Part shown: positions 18,403 through 26,263 of the stretch, piece after piece
Position numbering within the stretch: position 1 is the stretch's first letter
How the letters are laid out: every line of letters begins with the position of its first letter
NCBI GenBank assembly: GCA_963422205.2
Contig: CAXMWX010000012.1
Location: forward strand, 96,001 to 160,000
Length of the DNA: 64,000 nt
From: Gammaproteobacteria bacterium
Lineage (GTDB): Bacteria; Pseudomonadota; Gammaproteobacteria; Eutrophobiales; Eutrophobiaceae
Direction of reading: 5' to 3'
The notes under the pieces: generated by a model
Databases searched by the model: none
The model's input: the letters and a program-made list of their open reading frames with translations, nothing else
What the model was told of the DNA's origin: nothing
Translations under genes and position numbers: made by a program

Positions 18403-19553
18403 TGCGCTGGGTGGCCTTCATGCCTCTTCGGGGCAATTCCAAATCCATTCCGCACAAGAACCTGCGCCCGCTGGCCGGTCGGCCGCTGTACGCCTGGTCG
18501 CTGCAACAGGCCGTTGAGTCCGGCTGTTTTGATGCGTTGTATGTCGCCACGGATTCGACCGCCATTCGCACCAGCGTGGCACAGCAGTTTGCCGATCAGA
18601 TCACCGTGCTGGATCGCTCGCCGGAGACCTGCACCGATGAGGCCAGCACCGAGGCCGCCATGCTGGAATTCCAGCAGCACATAGGCTTTGATGTCATCTG
18701 CCTGATCCAGGCCACCTCGCCGCTGACCCGGGCGGAGGACTTTCGAGCAGCCAGGGAAGCCTTTCTTGAACACCGGTTTGATTCGCTGCTGACCACAGTC
18801 CATTCAAAACGGTTTTTCTGGGATGCTGACGGCCAGCCGATCAACTACGACCCGGCTCATCGGCCACGACGGCAGGATTTTACCGGTTGGCAGATGGAGA
18901 ACGGGGCGTTTTATTTCACCCGTGCTAAGGTGCTGAAAACACACCGCTCTCGCCTGGGCGGGCGTATCGGTCTCTATGAGATGAGCGCCGAGAATGCCCT
19001 TGAGGTTGACGAGCCGGTCGACTGGCGGCTGGCCGAACAGCTGTTATTACAGCACCAGCGGGCGGCCCCGGCCGAGACCATAGCGGTGCTGCTGGTGGAT
19101 GTGGACGGCACCTTGACCGATGCGGGCATGTACTATGGCGCTGAGGGCGAGCGTTTAAAAAAATTCAACACCCGTGATGGTTACGGCCTGCTGCGGCTTG
19201 CGGCCAGCGGCGTTAAGGTTGGCGTGATCACAGCCGAGGACAGCCCGGCGGTGGCAGCGCGCATGAGAAAACTCGGCATTACCCATTACTACCCCGGCAT
19301 CAAGGACAAGCTGCCACTGGTGAAAAAACTCATCAGGGACTGGCGCCTTACCCCCGCCCGGCTGGCCTATATTGGCGATGATCTGAATGATCTGGACAGC
19401 ATCGCCCATGCCGGCCTGTCCGCCTGCCCGGCCGATGCCGTTGATGAGGTGCGGCAACAGGCAGCCTATGTCTGTGAACGGCCTGGCGGCGGCGGGGCGG
19501 TGCGCGAGTTTTGCGAGCTGATTTTGCACCATAACCGCAAGCTGAAAAAATGA
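18402..19553 (+). CDS. neuA: CMP-nonulosonate synthetase fused to a KdsC-like HAD phosphatase
   Basis: PLRGNSKSIPHKN, QATSPL and ENGAFY; C-terminal DVDGTLTD, IGDDLND and GGGAVRE. Confidence 0.9.
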   Translation: MRWVAFMPLRGNSKSIPHKNLRPLAGRPLYAWSLQQAVESGCFDALYVATDSTAIRTSVAQQFADQITVLDRSPETCTDEASTEAAMLEFQQHIGFDVICLIQATSPLTRAEDFRAAREAFLEHRFDSLLTTVHSKRFFWDADGQPINYDPAHRPRRQDFTGWQMENGAFYFTRAKVLKTHRSRLGGRIGLYEMSAENALEVDEPVDWRLAEQLLLQHQRAAPAETIAVLLVDVDGTLTDAGMYYGAEGERLKKFNTRDGYGLLRLAASGVKVGVITAEDSPAVAARMRKLGITHYYPGIKDKLPLVKKLIRDWRLTPARLAYIGDDLNDLDSIAHAGLSACPADAVDEVRQQAAYVCERPGGGGAVREFCELILHHNRKLKK

Positions 19554-21265
19554 AGGCGCTCAGGGCGTTTTTGCTGGCCTATCCCAAGCGCAGCGTGATC
19601 GTGTTGCTCGCCTTTCTGGCGGCGGGCCTGGCCGAGGGCGTGAGTCTGGGCACCTTGCTGCCGCTGCTCTCCATCATCGGCGGCAATACGCCGCAGTCTG
19701 AACTCAACATTCTCATCACGGCGAAGCTGGCGGCGCTCAATATTCAGCCCACCATCGTCGTGCTGCTGTGCATCATCATCGGTAGCATGTTTGCACGCAG
19801 CATCCTGTTGCTGCTGGCCAATCAGCAAATCGGCTACAGCGTTGCCGGGGTCGCCACCAGCCTGCGTCTGACATTGATCGAGGCGCTGCTGGCCAGCCGC
19901 TGGCAGTTCTACCTGCACCAGAGAACAGGCGCACTGGCCAATGCCATCGCCACCGAAGCCTACCGTGCCGCCATCGGCTTTCAGCACGGCACCCGGATCA
20001 TCGCCCTGAGTATTCAAGTCATCGTTTATGCCAGCGTGGCCCTGCTGATATCCTGGTGGGCAACCATCGCCTCGCTGCTCATCGGCCTGCTTCTCCTCCG
20101 TATACTGAACCGCCTGGTGCGGGCGGCCTGGCGCGCCGGGGCGGGGCAAACCCGCTTGCTAAAATCCCTGCTCAGCTACTTAACCGATATGCTGGGCTCG
20201 GTGAAACCCTTAAAGGCGATGGGCCGAGACAAGGTGGCCAATACCATTTTGCACGATCAAACCAAAGAGCTGGAAGGCGTGATCCGGCGAGAGGTTTTCA
20301 GCAAGGAATCACTGCGTGCCCTGCAAGAGTGCCTGCTCGCCTGCCTGGCTACCGCTGGCTTGTATCTGGCGGTGCTGTGGCAGTTAAGCCTGGCCTCGGT
20401 CATGGTGCTGGCCTTTTTGCTGGTCAGGTTACTGGGGCTGCTCAATCGGGTGCAAAAAGAGTTTCAACAACTGCGGGTGACGGAAACGGCCTACTGGTCG
20501 CTGCTGGCCACCACCCGGCAAGCCAGAGCAGCCGCCGAGCCGCCCATGGGCAGGCAGCAACCCGCCCTGCAAAAAGCCATTCGTCTGCACCAGATCCGGT
20601 TTGACTACGGCAGGGGCGCGGTCTTCAACGGGCTGGACCTGGACATCCCCGTCGGCGCATTCATCGCCATCAGCGGCCCGTCCGGGACGGGTAAAAGTAC
20701 GCTGCTGGATTTGCTCTGCGGACTGCTGCAACCGGATGCTGGCGAGGTGCTGATAGATGACGTTCCCATGCAGCAGCTGGACTTGCACGCCTGGCGGCGC
20801 ATGATCGGCTATGTCTCACAGGACACAGTGCTGCTGCATGACAGCATTTTGCACAATATCACCATCGGCGAGGCCGGCTTAACCGAGGCCGATGCGATAC
20901 GTGCCATGCACCAGGCGGGCGTGTGGGAGTACGTCCAGAGCCTGCCCGAGGGCATGCATACCGTGGTTGGCGAGCGCGGCGGCCTGCTCTCCGGTGGCCA
21001 GCGACAACGCATCGCCATTGCCCGGGCGCTGGCGCATAACCCCCGGCTGCTGATCCTCGATGAACCGACTAGCGCGCTGGATCAGCAAAGCGAGCGGATT
21101 ATCTGCGATACCCTGCACAAACTCAGGCGCACGATTACCATCGTTGCCGTCTCTCACCAGCCGTTGCTCAATGCCGTGGCCGATGAGATCTATCAGCTAC
21201 GCCACGGCAGACTGGCAATCGTACCCGCCGCCACCGAGGCGGCAGATCTCCCCGGCCTGCCATGA
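19550..21265 (+). CDS. ABC transporter, fused TMD-NBD (MsbA/PglK-like flippase)
   Basis: N-terminal TMs; GPSGTGKS, LSGGQRQR, LDEPTSALD. Confidence 0.9.
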   Translation: MKALRAFLLAYPKRSVIVLLAFLAAGLAEGVSLGTLLPLLSIIGGNTPQSELNILITAKLAALNIQPTIVVLLCIIIGSMFARSILLLLANQQIGYSVAGVATSLRLTLIEALLASRWQFYLHQRTGALANAIATEAYRAAIGFQHGTRIIALSIQVIVYASVALLISWWATIASLLIGLLLLRILNRLVRAAWRAGAGQTRLLKSLLSYLTDMLGSVKPLKAMGRDKVANTILHDQTKELEGVIRREVFSKESLRALQECLLACLATAGLYLAVLWQLSLASVMVLAFLLVRLLGLLNRVQKEFQQLRVTETAYWSLLATTRQARAAAEPPMGRQQPALQKAIRLHQIRFDYGRGAVFNGLDLDIPVGAFIAISGPSGTGKSTLLDLLCGLLQPDAGEVLIDDVPMQQLDLHAWRRMIGYVSQDTVLLHDSILHNITIGEAGLTEADAIRAMHQAGVWEYVQSLPEGMHTVVGERGGLLSGGQRQRIAIARALAHNPRLLILDEPTSALDQQSERIICDTLHKLRRTITIVAVSHQPLLNAVADEIYQLRHGRLAIVPAATEAADLPGLP

Positions 21266-22173
21266 ACCTGTACGCACAACTGATGCGGCTGGTTGAGCGC
21301 TGCTATAAGCCTGAACGGGACCCGGGGCGGGTTAAGCGCATCTATCATATATACGATGTGGATCGTGGCTACCAGCACTACCATCTACTCTGCCAGCAAC
21401 GCTTGAAGCGCCCAGTTGCTGATCAGCCGACCACGCCCCTGCATGAGCGGGGCTTTGCTTATCTTGATGTGATCACGCCGTCAGCGGCGGCGATCATCCG
21501 GGCGGTCTGTGCATCCGGGCCGCCTGCCCGAATCAAGAAAAACAGCAGGCCACTCAAGGGGTATCGGCTGACTGATCGGCAGTTGATTGAAGGCATTTTG
21601 AAACAAGTGTTCACGACCGCGCTTGATGAGCAACTGGTGAATTTTTTTCGCAGCGAGTATCTGGTACACTGGCTGACCTTTGCGGCGACCACACCAGCCG
21701 CCGCGCAAGACATCGTCTCCTTTCGCTGGCACTGTGACAAGGGGCCGAGCCAACACCTGAAACTGATCATCTATCTCAATGCCAGCGGTGAGCATGGCGG
21801 CAACACCGAGTTCATCACGCTGGCCGATACGCAGGATGTTGGCGCATGTGGCTATGTGTTTGGCTGGACCCGGCGGCGCACCAGCGAGGTCAGATATCTG
21901 GAACAACTCGCCGGCCACCCCATCAAGACGCACCGGCAAGCCATGGAAGCCGGTCAGGGCGTGTTGTTCCAGCCGGCCAATGTGCTGCACCGTGGCGTCA
22001 GCCCCAGCCGTGGCGAGCGCTATGCACTGACCCTGAACCTGCTGCCCAGCCCAGTACCCTGGCAAACCGCCCTTCACAGGGGCGCCCTGTCAGACCTCAC
22101 CAAAGAGGCGAACTGGCACAGTCATGCCGATGTGTTGTTGCAGACCCCGCACCTGCAAGCAGGGCAGTCATAA
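21262..22173 (+). CDS. Putative 2OG-Fe(II) oxygenase
   Basis: WHCD..., IYLN..GGNT and LHRG...R motifs. Confidence 0.65.
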   Translation: MNLYAQLMRLVERCYKPERDPGRVKRIYHIYDVDRGYQHYHLLCQQRLKRPVADQPTTPLHERGFAYLDVITPSAAAIIRAVCASGPPARIKKNSRPLKGYRLTDRQLIEGILKQVFTTALDEQLVNFFRSEYLVHWLTFAATTPAAAQDIVSFRWHCDKGPSQHLKLIIYLNASGEHGGNTEFITLADTQDVGACGYVFGWTRRRTSEVRYLEQLAGHPIKTHRQAMEAGQGVLFQPANVLHRGVSPSRGERYALTLNLLPSPVPWQTALHRGALSDLTKEANWHSHADVLLQTPHLQAGQS

Positions 22174-22182
22174 GCGATACGA

Positions 22183-23249
22183 ATGATGCGGATCTGTCAA
22201 ATCATATTAACCCCTGGAAGAGAATTTGGCGGTGTTGAGCGCTATGCCGTTGATCTGACCAGGGCGCTGTGTGAACGGGGCCATGAGGTGCTGGCTGTCT
22301 CAGTGCGTGGCTCTGAGTGTAACGCCTTATTTCAAGCCACACCCAACTTGCAGCAGGCCCCGCTCTCCCCATGCCGGGTGTTCAGGATCAAGAAATGGTT
22401 TCCCTTTGTCGCCAGCAAAATACAGCGTATCCTCGCTGATTTTAAGCCCGATGTGGTGCAGGCACAGCAAACTCCGGCCGTCTACTATGGCGCTAAAGCA
22501 GCCAGAGAACTGAAGCTGCCGCTGATCGCACATATTCATAATGACTACGTTAAGCTCAAGTATTACCGCCACGCCGACAGGTTCATCCCGCCAACAGATA
22601 CGATATCTCACTACCTGAGAAGCAATCATATTCCGGCGGAGAAAATCAGCCTGATCCGGAACTTCTCCGCCCTGGCCGCAGTGGAGCGCATCAAAGCACG
22701 TCAAATTACGGGGGGGGGGTGAAAACCATCGTCAGTCTGGGGCGTTTCAGCCATGAGAAGGGGTTTGATGTGCTGTTGGCGGCATTAACGAAGATCAGCG
22801 ATCAGACCATACAGCTTCATCTCGCCGGTGATGGCAAGGAGCGCGGGCGCATTAAGAAATCAGTCGCCGCATACCGGTTGGAAGACCGGGTGCGGCTCAT
22901 CGGCTGGCGGCATGAGGTGCGCGATTTTCTCATGCAGGGCGATCTGTTTGTGCTGCCCTCCCGCTATGAAGCCTTTGGCATTGTCCTGCTGGAGGCGATG
23001 GCCTGTGGCATTCCCATCGTCACCACAGACTGTGACGGGCCGCTGGAGATCCTCGATGAGAGCTGCGCCTGGTTCTGCAAGGCGGGCAGTGCAGACTCCC
23101 TGGCCGCTGCCATAGCAGAGGCGCTGGCCGACCCGGTCGGCAGGCAGTTACGGGCCGAGAATGCCTTGCAGCGCTACCGGGACAGGTACACACTGGATCA
23201 GGCCGTGCTGAAATTCGAAGCACTGTATCAACAGCTGGCCGGGGCGTAG
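22183..23249 (+). pseudogene. GT4 glycosyltransferase split at a G10 tract
   Basis: N-half (FGGVERY) stops after ACG GGG GGG GGG TGA; C-half (KGFD, PSRYEAFGIVLLEAMACG) starts at 22719; intact paralog at 24936. Confidence 0.8.
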
Positions 23250-23358
23250 AGGCCGCATATGAGTCCACCACCTATTGCACATTTTATTGTACTTGATCAT
23301 GTACTGCACGGGGATTTGTCATCCTGGGGGATACAGGACGACGACATGGATGCAGGAG

Positions 23359-23416
23359 GTAGAGAATGTCAGGAACATACTCTCGAGGTAGAAAACGTCG
23401 GGAACAGGTTTTCGAG
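23359..23416. repeat. Two tandem 29-bp hairpin-forming units
   Basis: GTAGAGAATGTCAGGAACATACTCTCGAG followed by GTAGAAAACGTCGGGAACAGGTTTTCGAG. Confidence 0.65.
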
Positions 23417-23444
23417 CGACTGTAAGAATCTGCCATGTCGTCCC

Positions 23445-23523
23445 CGTCATCCTGAGCGCAGCGAAGGATCTCTCCTATCTATCACGATAGATCCTTCGAT
23501 CGCTTCGCTCTCTCAGGATGACG
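23445..23523. repeat. REP-like palindromic element
   Basis: Outer IR CGTCATCCTGAG/CTCAGGATGACG; inner IR CGAAGGATCT/AGATCCTTCG. Confidence 0.8.
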
Positions 23524-23699
23524 CAGAGAGGCAGCATGGCGGAGTGATAGGGCATTCGTTTTCCCCCTCCATTAAGTGCAATAGGTTTCTGAACTTGTAC
23601 AGGCCGCATGAAAGCGTGCTGTGAAATAACAGGCGCGGTCGGGCTCGATACAGTGGGCGAAGGGGTGACTCACAGGGTGAAGGCCAAGAGTTAAGCATC

Positions 23700-24923
23700 A
23701 TGTACGACTTCCTTATCCTGACCACGGCCATTACCCGACCGGACCTGCACCAGCGCATCCTCCCGGCCACCCTGCAATTCATTGACGGCCTGGCGGTCAA
23801 GTGGCTCATCAACGTGGATGACATAGATAACGAGGCCTCCATCGCCGCCACCGTTGAGAATTTCAGCACGCTGTTTGCCGGGGCGGACAACATCGATGCC
23901 GAGTTCCTGTACGCCGAAGGGAAGAGCTGTTTTTTCTCCGCCGCCCGGCGGCTGGCGCGGCATGCCCATGAACTGCTGCCGCAATGCAGAACCGGCGTGC
24001 TGTGGCTGGAGGATGACTGGGAGCTGACGCCGAGGGCAGCACTGGCGCGGTGGCTCAATCAGTATCGAGTGAAATATCGCAAGGGCAAGTTTGGCAAGAC
24101 GCTGCTGCCCTGCCCCGGCAGCTTGAGAGCAAAACAGGCCATCATCGAGGCACGATGCGATAATCAGGCGGCCTGGTGGTATGTCTCACTGGTGCCCAAG
24201 GCCAAAGTATCATTCAACCCCGGTATATGGTCGAAGGCGCTGTTTGACAAGGGCATCTATCAACCACTGACATGTATAGAGAACGGACGCCTTAACGACC
24301 CGGAGAATCACTGTTTCGACCCACAGAATGAGGCAGAGCAATACCAGAGGACATCCGTATTTGTCGATCCCCCGTTCCAGGATGTCGGTCAGCGCTGGCT
24401 GTCCTTGCGTGATCTGAAAAAATGGCAGAAAGACAGCGCCGAACTGACAACCCGGGGCCGGGCAACATACAGCAAAAGCATAAAGGCATCGGCAGCGACA
24501 CAGCACGCCCTGACCGGGTGCTACCTGCTGCCGGATTTTGCCTTCAACTCGCCGCTGACATGGCTGGTAGCGACCGCATACCATAACGGCAGGCTGACAG
24601 CACGGCTGCCCGGCGTCCCATGGCTGTCGTTTGAGCTGATCGTTGCTGATGATCTGCATGCCGACATCTACCTTAATCGCATGCACGGCTGGTCGGAGAA
24701 ATCCGGGTTTATGAGAACGACGGCGACACTGCGCTGGCAGTGTGATCCGGCTTCCGGTCGGCCTTCGAACGTGGCGATCCGATCCAAGCTGGGCAACGTT
24801 ACCGCCAGCTACCGCAGGCGCTGGCCGCTATCTGCCCTATGGATCGTTCCCATGCAGAGTCTTGCTGGCCTGGGGCTGTATCTGTTTACCTTATACAAGC
24901 TGATGCAGGGGCTGAAATACTAG
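23700..24923 (+). CDS. Putative GT-A-fold glycosyltransferase-like protein
   Basis: ILTTAITRPDL, WLEDDW and SFNPG motifs; C-terminal hydrophobic segment; cluster context. Confidence 0.5.
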   Translation: MYDFLILTTAITRPDLHQRILPATLQFIDGLAVKWLINVDDIDNEASIAATVENFSTLFAGADNIDAEFLYAEGKSCFFSAARRLARHAHELLPQCRTGVLWLEDDWELTPRAALARWLNQYRVKYRKGKFGKTLLPCPGSLRAKQAIIEARCDNQAAWWYVSLVPKAKVSFNPGIWSKALFDKGIYQPLTCIENGRLNDPENHCFDPQNEAEQYQRTSVFVDPPFQDVGQRWLSLRDLKKWQKDSAELTTRGRATYSKSIKASAATQHALTGCYLLPDFAFNSPLTWLVATAYHNGRLTARLPGVPWLSFELIVADDLHADIYLNRMHGWSEKSGFMRTTATLRWQCDPASGRPSNVAIRSKLGNVTASYRRRWPLSALWIVPMQSLAGLGLYLFTLYKLMQGLKY

Positions 24924-24935
24924 GCGGCAGCGGGG

Positions 24936-25991
24936 ATGAGGATATGTCACATTGTCCTGACCCGCCGGGCGTTTGGCGGTGCTGAGCGCTATGCGGTTGA
25001 CCTGACCCGGGGGCTGGTTGAACGCGGCCATGAGGTACTGGCGATATACTCACGTGGCTCTGCCTGCGAGGCCCGGTTTGCGCCAATCCCGAACCTGCAC
25101 CAGTACGCCCTGTCCGTATCCCTGCTGGGTAAATGGGATCCTACGATCAGCGGCCAGCTACGCCGCCCCCTGACAGATTTCCAACCCGATGTGGTGCAGG
25201 GGCATCTGGCCCGCGGCGCCTCGATGGCCGGCAGGGCGATGAGGGAACTGGCCATCCCCCTCGTTGCACACACGCACACGTTTATCAAGCTGAAATACTA
25301 CCCCCATGTCGATCTGTTCATCCCGGCCACACAGGCACAATACGACTACCTAAGAGCCTGCCACATCCCGGCGGCGAAGATCTGCCTGATCCCGAACTTC
25401 TCCGCCTTTCAGGCGATAGCACAAGTCAGGCGGCGGCAGCGGGTGAGGATCATCGTCAGCCACGGTCGCCTGGTGCATAAAAAAGGCTTTGATCTGCTGC
25501 TGGCGGCATTCAGTCGCATCAACGATCACGATCTACAGCTATATCTCGCTGGTGATGGCAGCGAACGGGAGCGGCTTGGCCGGTTGGTCAGGCGTTATCA
25601 ACTGCAAGAGCGGGTGCGGCTTATCGGCTGGCAGGAGAACATTCGCGATTTTCTCATGCAGGGCGATCTGTTCGTCCTGCCCTCCCGTGATGAGCCTTTC
25701 GGCATCGCCCTGCTGGAGGCCATGGCCTGCGGCATTCCAGTGGTTGCGACCGACTGCCACGGGCCGGTGGAGATAGTTGATGAGAGCTGTGCCTGGCTGT
25801 GTGCAGCAGGCAGTGCTGACGCCTTGACCGAGGCGATAGCAGAGGCGCTGGCCGACCCGGCTGGCCGGCAGTTACGGGCCGAGAATGCCTTGCAGCGCTA
25901 TAAAGCGCATTACACCCTGGACAAGGCCGTGCCGCAATTCGAAGCGGCGTACCAAAGGCTGGCGGCATCGGCCATCGCTGATGCTTCGTAA
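24936..25991 (+). CDS. GT4 glycosyltransferase
   Basis: FGGAERY, GRLVHKKGFD, PSRDEPFGIALLEAMACG. Confidence 0.9.
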   Translation: MRICHIVLTRRAFGGAERYAVDLTRGLVERGHEVLAIYSRGSACEARFAPIPNLHQYALSVSLLGKWDPTISGQLRRPLTDFQPDVVQGHLARGASMAGRAMRELAIPLVAHTHTFIKLKYYPHVDLFIPATQAQYDYLRACHIPAAKICLIPNFSAFQAIAQVRRRQRVRIIVSHGRLVHKKGFDLLLAAFSRINDHDLQLYLAGDGSERERLGRLVRRYQLQERVRLIGWQENIRDFLMQGDLFVLPSRDEPFGIALLEAMACGIPVVATDCHGPVEIVDESCAWLCAAGSADALTEAIAEALADPAGRQLRAENALQRYKAHYTLDKAVPQFEAAYQRLAASAIADAS

Positions 25992-26065
25992 CAGTTGCCG
26001 CTCCTGCCCGCCAGGCGGCAGGTTGAGCCTGCACCCATCATCCCGTACACTGTCGCCCGTATCGG

Positions 26066-26142
26066 CGGGGTGTAGCTCAGCCTGGTAGAGCGCTGCCTTC
26101 GGGAGGCAGAGGTCGTGAGTTCAAATCTCGCTACCCCGACCA
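26066..26142 (+). tRNA. tRNA-Pro(CGG)
   Basis: CGGGGTG acceptor stem, D-arm TAGCTCAGCCTGGTAGAGC, anticodon arm CTGCC-TTCGGGA-GGCAG, TTCAAAT T-loop, encoded CCA. Confidence 0.95.
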
Positions 26143-26263
26143 TGCTTGCAGTGGATTACGCATAACTTACAGTTGATTACCGATAAAATAAGCACGGGGC
26201 TGGTCACTTTTGCTATGCTACTCACTATGCTTAAACAAAAATAACACCACAGGATTTAGAACA

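Noticed and set aside
23359-23523. CRISPR array
   Set aside because: Only two adjacent degenerate units, no spacers and no cas genes.
23259-23624. 121-aa ORF in the glycan-cluster intergenic region
   Set aside because: Made up largely of the palindromic repeats; not protein-like.
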